From Mytilus trossulus (lineage: Eukaryota), in the NCBI RefSeq assembly GCF_036588685.1, contig NC_086375.1, forward strand, positions 79,050,001 through 79,114,000: a DNA stretch of 64,000 bases, in the 5' to 3' direction. This document shows, piece by piece, positions 1 to 14,900 of this stretch; the first letter of the stretch is position 1, and each line of letters opens with the position of its first letter. The position numbers and the translations under genes were made by a program. The notes below the pieces were generated by a model that had not been told where the DNA came from, searched no databases, and saw only the letters and a program-made list of their open reading frames with translations.

Positions 1-287
1 CCCTTCCCCAAAAAATCGATAAAAACCCAACAAAAAAAAACCCAGGGTGGATCTCATGTGCTGCATAATTATAAGCAGGACCTGGTCCATATGTTGCAAC
101 CGTCGGTGTAATTGACGTACAGTGTTAATGTATGGTGCAGTAAACAAGTGAAACATTGGGAAGAGTAGAATCATGTATGTTTTTTTTTTTACTATAACTA
201 TATATCTAATTCAGTACCTTCCACATTGTACATTACAGTTTACGAACATATATACTGATTTCATTATATTAGTCTTATTTCGCTTAC

Positions 288-3200
288 CTTGATTAAGACA
301 GCAAATATACCCATAAACATGATGAGACACTGGAAAACATCTGTCCATATTACTGCCTTAATTCCTCCCTTTAAAATATAGATGATTATCAACAGAACAT
401 AACAGTAAAAATGAAATTCATTAATTGAATATAAAGTAATCATTTACTCTATCAACGGGTTTGTATTTGATTCTGTAACACATAGGTCTCAACACGTGAT
501 GGACTGTGGTTTATTATTTACAGTTTACACGAACCATCATTGATACGGTCATTTTCTGTCATTTTATTGTTTATCAGAAGTTAAATTTTTTGAACCTTTT
601 ATGTATTTTTACCCTTATTTGTAAATGGTTTTTTTTTTAATAATCCGTCATACTATTCTTTTGTATTGATGCACCACTAGTGAGTCTTATGCTAACGAAA
701 CGCGCGTACCAAAATACAACACTAGAACCGTTGTGGTGAGTTCTAACTATATATGTTTTGGTGCACAGTTATTTGTATTAAGAAAAATAGAAAATGAAAA
801 GTGATATTTGCTACTTTGCTTACTTACAATAGAGGTATAAATAACTGATGCCAATGCAACACATGTAACAGATACCCAATACGGCATGTCTGTAACTGAA
901 AAATGTTTATAATGTTGACATGAATATCAATAATGTGATCATATTCATAAAGTTCCTGTTTACGAAACTTTGAAGTTTTCGAAAAAAATAAGGATTTTCT
1001 TATCCAAGGCATAGATTACCTTAGCCGTATTTGGCACAACTTTTTGAAATTTTTGGATCCTCAATGCTCTTCAACTTTGCACTTGTTTGGCTTTATAAAT
1101 ATTTTGATATAAGCATCACTGCTGAGTCTTATGTAGACGAAACGCGCGTCTGGTGTACTGAATTATAATCCTGGCACCTTTGATAACTATTATAACAAAT
1201 ATTGATGATGGTATTACCAAATACTTAATAATCAGTGTCTTGTCACTAACCAGATATGACAGATCCATGTGATTGAATCAAAACCGTTGTATTGAAAGGA
1301 CTGTTCAAACTCCTTCAGTATTTTAAGTTTTCTAAAGTGTTAATCTAATTCGTCGCCACATGAATATTATTTATCTTTTAGTATTACGACGAAAGGAATT
1401 AGGTTAGTTTCCTAATTGTGAAATATTGATTTCTGTGTTTCAAAACATCAGCAGCCAATGCAAATGAAGAATACATCTTCAAACTGTTTCGATATTCGAG
1501 AGTTTGCGTGACACTCATTGATTGGATGGATGCTTTTAAGAATGGTATTGAACCATGGGTTGCAAGTGTTTTATTTAAAGATATTGCTTCCGTGTTTTAC
1601 AGAAACCATTATGAAATAGTTCAATTGTTTAATTTGTCTAAACTATAACAAATAATGTTCGAAGTTCACCAAATATTAAGTCATACTTTTAAACTGTTAA
1701 CAAATTAAAGTGAGAGAAGATGAGGATACAGGCACCTTTTAACATTTATTAGAGACATATTCCTTTGCAAAACATGCATAAAAGCAATGACAAAAAAATG
1801 TAGGAGACAGAAATAGAAAAATGTATCTGATTACAAATGTGGATTTATTGATTACATTATGATTTTATTTCATGCTTTGATAACAAAAACAGCATTTGCT
1901 TGTTTACAAATGCTAAAAACCGTACCTGCCTCCAGAGCAGTACCAGGACCAAAAAGAACAATTCCCATATAGAAAACCTGAATGCAAATATAAAATATAA
2001 TTTCACAATTTCTTTCATTTGTTTAGAAACTGTTTTTTCTTATTCTATTTTTAGGTGGGGGATTCTGCTTTATTTTTATTTTGCGAACATAAAACTACTT
2101 TGAATATATTGGTCCCATACAACAACAGCAATTCCTATGGGGAACTCAAGTACTATTAATTACAACATGGACTTCATTTGATAAGAGACTTTTTCAATCA
2201 TTTCAAAGTTCAAGGTTCCAGTGAGGTTGATGAGGGAGGACGATTGATCTCAATACCAAATACGTTGCAATTTCACAATCAAGAAACAGTTGAAAGATAT
2301 GATTGATATGTTTTCGCTGTCTTTAATTCGTAGATATGAAATACTAAACTAGTCGTCGGGTTTATAAAATGGATTTGATCCTTTTCTCGATTTTTAATAT
2401 AAATAACAAACTAATCCCTCTATTGTAGGATTGATTGAAAATAAATTCTGATCAATCATAATGTACGCGATTGATTTATCCATGCAACAATTGTGACAGG
2501 AGAATTTTCGTAGAAAAAATAAGTAGCATTTTAATGTCGGCTTTTGATATTTTACTTCAACCTGTACAGCAATGAACCGCATCATAGAAGGTCATATTAT
2601 TTGTCGATGGTCCAAGACTTGCAATAACGAAAATGAAAGCATGAAATTGCAATGTTTATACATTAAATCACTATATCTAAAAATAATATAAATGATAAAC
2701 ATTTTTTGTTTTGTTAAGTGCCAGTCTGCCTAAGAATCAGGCAGTGATGAAAACATGACTTAAAAAACACACCCAATTTGACAGTGATTTCAGTTCATAA
2801 TATGTAGTTATGCACAAAAATAGCATTCATTTCTGTTTTCTGTTCTGGTAATAGAAGATACAATTTGGTTGAAAAGCACTAGAAATTAACAAATAAGGGG
2901 AGATAACTCTGTGATTTGCTATCGTTCTAACCAATATTCTAACCGAGATATTTGATATTACCAGACACACACAAACGAAAGACTTATAATTTTTAACTCA
3001 GGATGATGGTTAGTATTAAATAGCTTGATTAGCTCGGTGGGTTTTTTTCTGATCATGTTTTGATTTTTACCTTAATTGCCTGATTCTTACAAAGACTGGC
3101 AATTAATCATGTTGTTCATTAATTTCTTTTTTTATTTTCTTTGATTTGTGTATCAGTTATATATTGGTTGATAATTTAGTTTTAGATGCATGATTTTTCT

Positions 3201-5035
3201 TCCTAGTAGCTAGTGGCTTTAAACTAACTGTCAGTTGCTGCAAAGATATAGATTTAAAGGGAATATGTTAAAAGATAAATACGAGTTTCCTTAACAGTGA
3301 TTAGACCTTTGTACTTGAAAGCATAGGAATTGGATAGATTTGAAAAAATGCTTCTGCTCTGAATATCATTTGGAAAGAACAATAGACTGTAACTTTTTCT
3401 TTCTTAGATTGATTTATACATATTTTAAAGGTTAAAAAAATCAGCTTTTCATTACATTCATATGGGTAAATACTAAATGTAGAAAAATAGGCATTTGCAT
3501 ATATGCATTGAATGAATTTTATTTGACTATATGTAACTTAATCGGTGTATATTCTGAACAATAAACGTATCTTAAAATTGAGAATTAAATATATGTTCCT
3601 CAGTGCTCTTTATTTTTGTACTTTTTTTTTTGCCTTTTTAACTTTGTTTGATAGAGCATCACTGATAAAAATGCGCGTCTGGCGTCAAAACTTTTAATCT
3701 TATAGATATCTATAGATGAACTTTATTTACAGCCACTACGTCGATGCCACTGCTTGTGCGATGTTATTCCTCGAGGGTTTCACCAGTCCAGTAGTAATCA
3801 CGTTTGTGTTGCCATGAATTATCATTGATGTGGTCATAATCATAAATTAACTGTGTATAAAACATACTTTTTTGAAATACTAGTATTAAGTATTTGCTAC
3901 CCTTTGATTCCTATAACTGTATTTGGCAAATCCTTTCGAAATTTATGGGTTCTCAATGCTCTTCAACTCAATGTTTTATCTGGCCTGTTCAGCTTTTTAT
4001 ATTCGATCGTCACTAATGAGTCTTTTGAAGACGAAACGTGCGACTGGCATACACAATGCTAATCCGGGTATATGCGGTGAGTTTACGCATCGTTTTCAAC
4101 ATAAAGGAATTTGATGCGACTGTCAGACAAGTGAGAGGTTAATCTAGCTATAAAACCATGCTCAATCCACCATTATCTACATAAGAAAAGGCCTGTACAA
4201 AGTCAGGAATATGACAGTTGTTCTACATTCGTTTAATATATTTGAGTCTTTGATTTGTCTATTTGAGTAAGGACTTTCCGTTTCGAGTGTCCCTCAGAGT
4301 TTTTTTGTTGTTGTGATTTTACTTATTTTTGATACATACGTAACCTAACATCCCGATCGTTGTTCCCAGTAATCTTACTTCTCTCCCTTTATATTTTAGT
4401 TCAAAATACTGAAAGATAAATGTGTACATAAATATTTGATTATTTAGTCTTTAAAAAATCGTGTAGCTACTTGTTTCAAATCACTTGGTATGTGCTTCAA
4501 TTTTTATACTTGAATTGTGAACAGTCTATTACATCACCCAGTTAAAACTTTATTCCAGACTTAGTTGTTTTTTAGTGAATAAGATAATAACACAGTTTTG
4601 TCCGGTATTTATTTACCAATGAGTTTTTAAAATTTTTCGCCTTTCGTGTAGTTTTTTTTTTCAAAATGGAAAAAATATAAATTAAATCACCTCAAAAACA
4701 CTCTTTATCCTTAAAGGGTGGACGAGTGGTACAACTATCCTTGTCCCAAGAAGAAGTGCTATCATAAACCCAGCATTGGATAACCAAAACATGATTCCAT
4801 AAGAATAAACTTCGGCAGGAAACCCTAACATCATTATCGATGACTCAAACGATACCATCAAGGACAAGGCAACCGGAAGTATTGACATCTGGCGATTTCC
4901 AACAAGATATTCGGAAGTCGTTTTCTGTTTTCCACCAGAAAAGGCATAATAAATTCCAATTCCTAATGAAATTATAATTGTTACTGCAAAGACTGCATAA
5001 TCAGCTACCACAAATCCTGGGTGATCAGCTTGCAT
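288..5035 (-). CDS. SLC5A8-like: Sodium:solute symporter, SLC5A5/6/8/12 (SMCT/SMVT-like) group; 5' part only, gene continues beyond the left edge
   Basis: Phase-consistent GT-AG exons: 5035-4691 (MQADHPG...SEYLVGNRQMSILPVALSLMVSFESSIMMLGFPAEVYSYG...SVFE), 4408-4340 (YFELKYKGREVRLLGTTIGMLGY), 1977-1926 (VFYMGIVLFGPGTALEA), 895-828 (VTDMPYWVS...VIYTSI), 368-288 (GGIKAVIWTDVFQ...VLIK). The motifs are hallmark SSF/SLC5. Exact orthologue uncertain. Confidence 0.93.
905..1190 (+). mobile_element. Non-LTR retrozyme copy ending in a type I hammerhead (1113-1156; core CUGCUGA, A6C change, likely impaired)
   Basis: GCATCA-CTGCTGA-GTCT tatgt AGAC-GAAA-CGCGCG-TC-TGGTGT. The body is similar to 3590-4085. 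A further degenerate hammerhead lies at 671-710. Confidence 0.75.
3590..4085 (+). mobile_element. Retrozyme monomer (about 365 bp) flanked by two decayed hammerhead motifs
   Basis: Hammerhead remnant at 3656-3685 (stem II deleted) and a second at 4007-4050 (CTAATGA core, GAC at the cleavage site). The cleavage-site equivalents are 365 bp apart. Confidence 0.7.
4110..4330 (+). repeat. Dispersed SINE-like repeat (further copies at about 6770-6970, 10105-10260, 10432-10630)
   Basis: Shared gtgagaggtt..ctataaaac..aatccaccatt..gcctgtac..agtcaggaatatgacagtt..ggactttccg..gtgattttactt. Confidence 0.75.
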
Positions 5036-6033
5036 CTGTAATGAAAGTATTCATGATCTATTTCATCAATAATAGACTATAATAAAATTGAGAATGAAAA
5101 TGGGAAATATGTCAAAGAGACAACAACCCGATCAAAGAACAGATAACAGACGAAGGCCACCCAATGGTCTTCATTGCAGCGAGAAAATCCAAGACCCAGA
5201 GGTGGGCTTCAGCTGGTTTTCTATTTAAATTCACTTATCGCAGTGAGCTGTAGCATGCTTTCTTTGCAAAATAGTGAGTTGAAGAAGAAACATATCTCAT
5301 CGTAGTTCAATTTCAAACTATAAATGGGGAGTTGAAATATCGTCTGCTATTAACTTTAGTTGTAATTTTGACTTTTGGAACCATGTATGGACAAAAAAAA
5401 CATCTTTTAGCTGTTGATGTTTTTCTATTAAGATCAATTCCTTAAAAAAATATGCCTTCAGTATGCTCATTATGGTAGTAAGATCTTTGATTATTTCCCT
5501 ATCGATAGTTAGACTCAACCAGCTATTACTAGCCCTTTATAAACACCATGCATATGCCATTGTACAATTTCATGCTTTTCTTTTACTGTGTATGGCACCT
5601 TTAAACAAAAGAGATTGGGGTTAGTCTGGGGAAATTATGATTCATTAGTGAATTATAAGCTATGAACTAGTATTCAAAACCGCCGAGTCTTTAATTTCTT
5701 TTGTTCTTTTAAAATGTGTTACTTTTGATCGTTGATCTGATGAGCTATATATGTAGAAAAGGATTGTGAAATTGAAAATCGTAATCGCGATTTAATAAAT
5801 TCGAGAGCTCAAATTGAATTTAAATATTTTGGGAGCTTCATAATTGGCTTCTGTGCTTTCAAATATTAATGATTTTAGAGCTCTAAATTCTTAATGTTAT
5901 CTTCTAATTTTTGTTCTATGATTCACATGCTTTACACCATGGGGTATTATATAATACTTCCACCAAGAAAAATGTGTATGTTGCCACCCTCACTTCTTAT
6001 ATTGATGAATTTCTAATTTTAAAAAAACTTTAC

Positions 6034-6121
6034 CTTTCATTAGATTCCTTGTCCTTTTATGTTTTGGGTAGTATTAATCTTTAAATATTATTTGTGTCAA
6101 ACTCTATCCGAACCCTTTATA
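6034..6121 (-). promoter_or_regulatory. Possible TATA box and non-coding first exon of the SLC5 gene
   Basis: The SLC5 ATG is directly preceded by an acceptor (tacag|ATG), so an upstream exon is needed. On the minus strand there is TATAAA at 6121-6116 and a donor AAG|gtaaag at 6034/6033. Confidence 0.3.
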
Positions 6122-6295
6122 AAAAAAAAGTAGGATAGTTGGTTACTCTGATGGTGATTATAGTGAATATCTCTATATATTTATGCCACATCAGCATCTC
6201 GTACGTTAAATACATACTAATCTTCTCAAAAAGGAAATTAATTATTCGTGAATGTAAGAAATTGTTATCAAAACAAACTATAAACTATATATCAG

Positions 6296-6405
6296 GAGTC
6301 GGTTTCACAAGGAAACTCACGACTAAGAGTGGTCGTTAGTATGCTGAATCGTTCATGACTTACGATCAATCTTAGTCCTAAGTTGTTTTTTTGTGAAATT
6401 GACTC
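6296..6405. mobile_element. 110-bp palindromic MITE, PIF/Harbinger-like
   Basis: TIRs GAGTCGGTTTCACAA / TTGTGAAATTGACTC, 3-bp TSD CAG, internal imperfect hairpin. Confidence 0.6.
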
Positions 6406-7844
6406 CAGTACTTGAAACAAAAAATATTGTATATCTTGACAAATTTTGTAACTAAAGACCAATGTTTAAAAAAAACTACTGTGACAAAAAAGTCTGTGTT
6501 TTGTAAATTCAGTAAATAGATCATTAAAAAACTCACAGTTCATATGTGTTAGCTACTTTAAAACCCCACCATTTCCTTACTGTTATACCAACATTTTTTT
6601 CGGTATACTAACTCCATATTTAAAATAGTTGATCGCTTGGTCTCTACTAAAGAATTTGTTTTTCACTATCTGAAACAGAGGGATAAAACAACAGCATTAC
6701 TATTATCACTCACAGAATCCATTGAAATACATAGGATGTATACTGTTTTGTTCACACATCGTTGTCAATATAATGGAATTTGATGCAACTGTCATACAAG
6801 TGAGAGTTTTGGCTAGCTTTAAAACTAGGTTAAATCCACCATTTTATACACAAGAAAATGTCTGTACAAACGTCAGGAATATGATGTGTTTGAACTTTTG
6901 ATTTTGCCATTTGATTAGGGACTTTCCGTTTTGAATTTTCCTCGGAATTCAGTATTGTGATATAACTTTTTATGGTCAATTCATTCTGTCAAATACTTTG
7001 AGATAGCCTTTAAACATGAGACCTTATGGAAAATCATCTAGATTACTTGATTAAAATTAAATGGGAGAGTTAGTATTGTGTATAGATAAAGACACACTAA
7101 AAGAGGAACACATGTTTTTTTAAAGATGAAAACTAATGGGCAAATTTTAAAAGCTATTTTATCAGAGTACACAATATGTTACAATAAAGGTTAATTGCAA
7201 AATGAGCAATTTAATTCCCTGGTGTAAACAGTGTATAACTTGCATGTTTTATTTGATACACTTTCCCAATTTATTTCTTGATATTGAATGCATGAAATAG
7301 TAAGAAGGGGGTTGTAATTACATGTCAAAAAAATGTGGGTGCTGAATCTTTATGTTAAGTAGTGATTTGGTCCAGTTCAAAAAGGTCAAATTTTATCACG
7401 TCTCGGGCTGTCAAACTGAAGGTTTCACCTCCTTAACACAGAATTGTCAATATTTTGAGTTAGAGCTGTTAATTTTGATATTATTTGTCTCACTGGTAGT
7501 ACACTGCACTGTAGAAATCTTTTTGAGAAAGAGCAGGTGCGATTTTTTTAATTTGAATTCATTGTCTTTAAGAAATGTACTACGAAATAACTGTGTTCTC
7601 GGGCCAATTAACCTATTTCATGTACAAGAAAACAACAAAATTGTCATTATTTTTTCGGGGGAATGCGTGTACAGCTATAACAAAACATTTTCCTCTGAAA
7701 ACGCTTGGTCAGTAAGATTAAACTTGATACATATTAACCTTATGGGGTCTACTTTATCAATTTACATGCAATTATGGAAACACTGCATTCTTCTTTTTTC
7801 AGAATTGTTCCTTTATTCATACGAGGCAGGCTTCATGCAGGAGC

Positions 7845-8530
7845 TTTGTTTTGGTGACTTTAATGAACGTATCTATCCGATTGAACTAACATAAAAGGAT
7901 ACAGTTGAGTCTGCCTCATGTCTTGGCCTAAATTAACAAATTGTCAATGAGGATTAGTTTATATCAAAACTTTGCGACAAGATATGTTTCCAGTTCCTTA
8001 CTTTTCATGACTTTATAGCAACATCCTAGCAGCGCGTGCATATGGAGATTTTTGTCGCAGTTGCAACGACATTCCAAATGTAGCATTTCATACCAACGAT
8101 TTCCTCGATAGAGGGTTGCTGCTAAAAAAGGAAGTTACTAAACCAAGAGTTCCAAGTGGTGAAGTTAAATCATTCCTTCGTAAATTTTAAGAACGCCATC
8201 AAAAGTGTGTTTACCGCTATGTAATATCTGGGTCACTGAAGCGACGGATATGTTCCAATATTGCCATAGCGACAATACTGCATTTCTCTGCACGGACCGA
8301 TTTAGACTAATCACCGTGTTTAAACTTACATGAGCAGTGTCTCATGTGGAGAAGAATTTATTAACCCTTCCGAAACAAATCAGATAATATCTTATTTAGG
8401 CGGGGTTTGTGTTGCTAAGTCTTTAGTTTTCTTTTCTGTGTTTTGTTTACTGTTGTTTGTCTTTTGATGGATTTCTTTTTTTGACATAGAAATATCTGTT
8501 CGTTATAGGACTATGACTTTGAATGTCCCT
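7845..8530 (+). pseudogene. Decayed Penelope-like RT C-terminal fragment (a similar relic lies at about 1380-1640)
   Basis: Frameshifted remnants of IYPIEL..SAS.L.L..DK...SNI.AA.AYG..SQL.R..DFLDRG.LL..KLLNQ, collinear with the element at 34070-35512. Confidence 0.6.
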
Positions 8531-10766
8531 TAAGTAACTTCGATTATTTTATTTCCACAAGAATAAGAAACTGTTAAAGTAATATCTTAATTTCAAAAGT
8601 TCTAATTATTTTTGAACACTAATAAATACCTTATTATTTCAATCATATTGAATAATATTTACATAGGAAATTAAAAGAAATGAACTTAATTGAATTGAAC
8701 TTTTCGGCTTCACTATTTTTATTTTAAGGCTAGCTAGACGCGAAAATTGATGCCTCTAATTCGGCATTCTTTACCATCGTAGAATCTTGTGGTGTCATAG
8801 AGCCAGGTCGCAGTTCACAGTTTTTCCAACTAACTATTGTTCGGCTACTTATCATTTGATAGATAATAATGATGAATATTAGTGAACACGGTATCTTTAC
8901 ACAATTATCACCTTCAACTACGTCCTACGAGTGGGTGATCTTTTTTTTATAATCTACCGTAATACCCATAAAAAAGGCAATGTAATATGGAAATTTTAAC
9001 TTTTAGATTTGTTATTTACTTGAAGAAATGATCACAGCTTCACAAAATATATTGTTTATAAAACTTCAGTTTTTGATTTATGAATTACATTATTTTTTCC
9101 AGTAATCTGTGGTATTTACAAGCAACTGGCATTTCAGTCGCAGTTGAACCAATAATCTTATATTAAGTGAAAGATGTAGGTTTGAACGTACTCAAAACCG
9201 TGGTTTCAATTTTAAGTTCTTTTGTATAGTTCTTATGTCAAACATGAACACATGATAGCTTCTCTGTCAACAGATATTCATATGGGGATTCCTGTGGCGG
9301 GTGATGAATGCTAACACGTTACTCTTACGATGTCAACGCTTCTGGTCTCACTCCTTTTGAAAGTTTATGCGATTCTCCCAGTTTTGTTTGTTTTTCTTGT
9401 CACTGTTGTGTATCTCCAGACTAGATATACGAGATTTTAACATCGGTAAACTATTGTTGCCTTCATGCTATGTTCTCAACTTTATTTGCCCTTTTAGCTT
9501 TTGTTTTAAGAATAAATGATGAATAGTGGACATATTTTTTTTCCAATACAGCCCCAAAAGAATACCGGTAAGAATTGGTCATTTGATACTAGTATCTCTA
9601 AATAATAATGAGGAATTTTCCTTCAGATTTCAACGTTAACTGTGTCTTTTTGCAAAACTGGGACCAAAGATACCAAAAGGGACAGTCAAACTCATAGATT
9701 AAAAATAAACTGACAACGCCATGGCTAAAAATAAAAAACAACCATTCAGACAAATAATAGTACAGAAAACACAACATAGAAATTTTAAGAAAAAGCAACA
9801 AAACTTTTGTTCGGTTTGTTGCTTCGTCTTTAGTTTCACATGGTTGTATCTTTACAACTAGTTTAACCTTGACATAAAATATACTTTTGTAACCTTGAGA
9901 TGAAAATAATTCGGCTGGGGAAGCCCTATACAAATAAACACAAGCTTCAAATTCATACTCTTTGATATGACTAAAAGGAGATGTGGTGAAACTGTAATAC
10001 CGAACATTTTCTCCAAATATTTATGACGCACACTTATAATTAGAACGGTTGTTTGCAACCATTTGACAATAATGCGATTCTGAATAGGTCCATTTGGTTT
10101 TAAACATTTTCTACATTTGAAAATGCCTGTACCAAGTCAGGAATATGACAGTTCTTGTCCATTCTTTTTTGATGCGTTTTGTTATTTGATTTTTCCATGT
10201 GATTATGGACTTTCCGAATTGATTTTCCTCTAAGTTCAGTATTTTTGTGATTTTACTTTTTATGTTCTAAAACGTTTTAATTTATGGGCTTTCAACCATT
10301 TGGTCGATAGTTTCATAAAAACGAAATTGAGTCTTTTGTTTCCAACTACTGCTGCTGACGAAATATTAGTATCGCAAGTATCATACATTTAGTAGTCAGT
10401 ACTTTGGTATTTAAATGACTTATATAAAACTTTCATACAAGTGAGAGGTTTAGCGCTATAAAACGAGGTTCATTCCACCATTTTCCTCATTTGAAAATGC
10501 CTGTACCAAGTCTGAAATATTATAGTTGTCCATTCGTTTGATGTGTTTTATCATTTGATTTTGCCATTTGATTAGGGACTTTCCGTTTTAAAATTTCCTC
10601 TGAGTTGAGTATTTTTGAGATTTTACTTTTTATGATACATTTTATGTGTTAATGTTTAGTTTTTAAAAGCATCAAATAAATTGTGCTTAAACTAAGGTAG
10701 TCATTCCATGAGGTAAAGTTCAGCTACTGAATAAACTCGTCATATATACATCAGAAAAAATTGTGT

Positions 10767-10811
10767 ACGCCAGAAGTGCGTTTTGTCTACATAAGACCAT
10801 CCATGACGCTC
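10767..10811 (-). ncRNA. Degenerate hammerhead ribozyme in a retrozyme remnant
   Basis: Reverse complement reads gcgtcatggatggtcttatgtagacaaaacgcacttctggcgt; same family as 1113-1156 with a mutated core. Confidence 0.5.
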
Positions 10812-11931
10812 GAATCAAACAAGTTAAAATGCCAAATAATGTCAGAAGTCGTAGAGCTGTAATAACCCCAAACCGTTTTGGTGCAGTATCAGTGTCTATG
10901 GCATGCTTGCAATGATAGTGGTTGTAATGATATATTATGTAATTGTAGTAAAACTATGGTTGCAATTCGTGCAAGTAAAATGACTAAAATAGAGCCGAGA
11001 CAATGTTGACTATGTTATTGATGTATTGGTGAATTCGTCATTTAAAATGTACAGTATAAACAAGAAGTAAGTAAACAAGTAGTTTATTTTGTACAATTTG
11101 GAAATTAGTATGACGTTCATTATCAGTGAACTAGTATATATTTGTTTATGGGCCAGCTGAAGGTTGCTAACGGGTGCGGGAATTTCTCGCGACATTGAAG
11201 ACCTGTTGGTTACCTTCTGCTGTTGTTTTTTATATGGTCGGGTTGTTGTCTCTTTGACACATTCCCCATTTCCATTCTCAATTTTAAGTAAATACATAAA
11301 TAGATAAGACAACTATGGCAGTGATATTATATAAATCCATTTCACTTAATTAAAATTACATAACAATATTTGCATCCTAATAGGCAGTCGAATTTGTGTT
11401 AAAAAAAACAGTTTGTAAATACAATAATTGAAATTAACATGAATGCCCCAGATCAAGATTGCTTATTGATAATGTTTAAGTGGTAGACAGTTTCGGAGAA
11501 CATATAAAATGTGAAGCATTGTAGATGATATTAAATAATATTTATAAGCCATCCAATCTAGATATAACGTCCATGCATGTACATTATTGCATTATCTAGA
11601 TCATTTGCAAAGAAATGTTTTGTTCAAATCTATTGTTGGGTTCTATCAAAATTTAGATTTTTTAGCCACTTGGACTATTTTTCATATCTCGTTTTTTTTA
11701 ACACAAGGCATTCAAATTAAAACAGCAATTGACACTCAGGCCAACGGTGTTTTTTTTTTATCATACCATCAAATCATCTTAACAGAAAACTGACAGTAAT
11801 GAAAAGTGGCACATGTACTACATGAATTTATTTCAGAGTATCTTTCTAGGTAGGGCTATAAGTAGTTGTTTGTCAAAAAGATGTCTTGTCCTCGTGAGCT
11901 AGGGCATAACAAAATATTAAAGCTATTTAAG

Positions 11932-14900
11932 TTACCCGTATATTTCTTTTGCAATTGTTGCTATATGAACCTTATTCACTATTGAATCTGGTAAAGTTTT
12001 CTTTACAGTTTCTTCAATATATTTTGTTGAGTATTTGTCAGAAAAGTGTATCAGTAATATGTTTTCCACATTTTTGAACAGATTAGCATTATCAGCGAGT
12101 TCTTGTAAATGCAAATGTCCTCGATCTCTGGCCTTCTGAATTTGATCTTTGCCTGGTTCGTGATCTATGTAGGTGGCCTCAGTTATCAACAGTTTTACTT
12201 TGAAGAGATCTTCTGTTGGTGGATTTGTAAAAACATCAAATGTTGTGTCACCTGAAAAAGTTTAGATCAGTTATTAATATGACTGCAAGAAAATTGATCT
12301 GATCAGCTTGACCTGAGTTAAATAAATTTTTCAATTGTAAAGTATTGAAAGTTATCCTTAAAAAGTATAAGCATGGTGTATTGCTATTTGGTAAAATATT
12401 TTACAGTACTACCTTCATTCGGCTCAACTACAGTGAGGATAGTATACGTAACATAAACACTCGTTTATGCATAAAAAAATTAGTTTTGAATCCAATCGAT
12501 CAACATCAAACTTTGTCAATGTAAACGTCTGTGATGAAAACATAATAATAACAAATTTTGAAAGCATTGCAGAAGTGGTTGGGCACTGGGTGCTTTTTTC
12601 TTATTGCTGATACATTGATGTCATCAAAACTCAATACGAAAACAGTTCATAGGTTCAATTCATGATTAAGGATTGAAAAAAATATTTGTCTATCTATCAT
12701 GTCTATGTAGTCAAAGGATGTTTTAAGGTGAACTGATACATAGTTATCTAACCTGTATAAGCTAATTCTGGTACATCATATTCATTATGAATCTCTACTC
12801 CACTTTTGACCAACTGTGCTATCTCCTGACTAGGCTTTCCAACAAATTCTTCCTTTAATTTCTTAACATTCTGGTACATTATATAACCCTGGCTTGGACA
12901 ACGATGTGTTGTTGGAAAAGGTTTTATTTTTAGACCACTTGGCAGCTGTAAAGGAGGAACCTCTTCATTAAAACTAAGTTTCTTTCTGCATATTTATGTC
13001 ATAAATTTAAAAAACAAACATTTATATAGTGAAATAAACATACATTTTATGTAAATGTTTGTGTTATAATAATATTGATCATTTGCCTGATAGTTACAAT
13101 AGTTGACTTATTTCTGGTTTAACTTATGAATGTTGACATACATTAAAGATAGGTAGATACTTTTGAGTAACAAAAATATACTTTCACTCGTTTAAAAATA
13201 GGTTGTTTCAACATTGTAAACGTTGTCTTTAAGTTTCTACATTTTCTTTGGAAAAGGTATATTTAAAAATTCGGTAATGTTCATGTTAATGATAATCTGC
13301 ATAAACGGTCACTAAATCCAACGATTTGAAACAACTGTGATAAAATTTCACAATTTCAAGAATGACTTAAAAAAAGTTGCTGAATTTTCGTCTACAACAA
13401 CTTGGTATCAAGCTAAAAGAGTCACAAACTTTTTTTTCGATTTACCAACACTTTGTCGTGGTTTTTTCTATTGATTGAAAATGGCAATAGAGTCGCAAAA
13501 GTTGTGCCATATATTTGACACATACATTTATTACTTCTCCCACTGGAGCTGGAATTATGTTCATCTTTTCCAGATCCTTAATATTCCCTGCTATACTGCC
13601 AAACATCTTGCATAGTGAGGTAAGTGGTTCCACTAAATGGACAGGAGAGTAGTATTTAGCTGGCTTCATGCCATACAATGATCTTTTTGCTGCATGTTGT
13701 GCAATACCTGATATATGATCCATGTGACCATGACTGTAAAATAAGTACAACTAAATATAGTCATGGACGAGAAATTGTATATGTACTGATGGGTGTTAAA
13801 TTGAAAAATAAGGAAAGTGGTATGAATACAATTGAGACAACTCTCTACCTTGCAGAATCCAAATGAAGTGGATGTAAGGATCTATAGGTCACTGTATGTA
13901 CTTGAACAACGGTCAAGATCCACAATGTACAGTCAGCTATTTAAATTAAAGCTCCAACATGACAAAATGTCAAGTATTTCAAACAAGAATAATTAACCGC
14001 CTAGTCTATTACATGTATAGATTCCACAACTGCAACAAGTGTGTTACGATATTTCTCCAATCGAGACAGTTAAATATTGATATTTTAAAAAACGCGTGGC
14101 TTTAACGTCACAATAAAATTTCGACTAATCATTTTCTGAGAACAATTTTTTCACTAGAGATTAGAAATTTTTTTCTCACACCGGTCAGGAAATGTGAAAA
14201 TAGCATGAAAGTTAGAGAAAATACAATAAAACGAAAACAAATAAAATATAACCGGCTAAACATTTGAATTACATGCACTTGACAAGGGACAGGAACATAA
14301 AGAAAGCGGTAGCTAACATTTGTTTGTGAGCCCTCAATCCTCCCCTTTAATTCCTCGGATAGTGGTGGTTGTACAAGTCAACATCAGAACAAACTATAAC
14401 ATCAAATGGGCAATGGTCTCACTCATCAGATTGGTACAAGAACAAACAACAACTAACATTGAGACATCAGACACAAAGTACTGGTATAAGAACCCCGATT
14501 CGCGTGTTTACTTTAGTCTAGTTCAAAGCTAATTACAAATGATAAATGAATCATGTTCTCCAAGACCAGAGACATATATATAGTATATGTGTCTGCCCAG
14601 AATAAAGTATCAATCAGTACAGAATCAACGGAGAAACAAATGGCCTTATGTAATGTCAATATATTAGTATACTTAGTATCTAAACGATGTAGGCACAGGC
14701 ACTTGTTTCTTTGAAGAAGTAAACACCTACCTTGATACTTAATGCTATAGTGCCTGTTTTTTTACAACACATTTTAACGCATATGTGAGCTAACGACTTA
14801 GTTAAGATTTAACGACTCGTTAGCCTTAATCATCTTTAAGGCTAACGACACTTTTGAACAACTGGGCCCTGGGAACAGTATATCTCTGTCAATATATAGG

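Noticed and set aside
7352-7894. 180-aa ORF as a gene
   Set aside because: No domain or splice support; it lies in repeat-like DNA, and only its last residues belong to a decayed RT.
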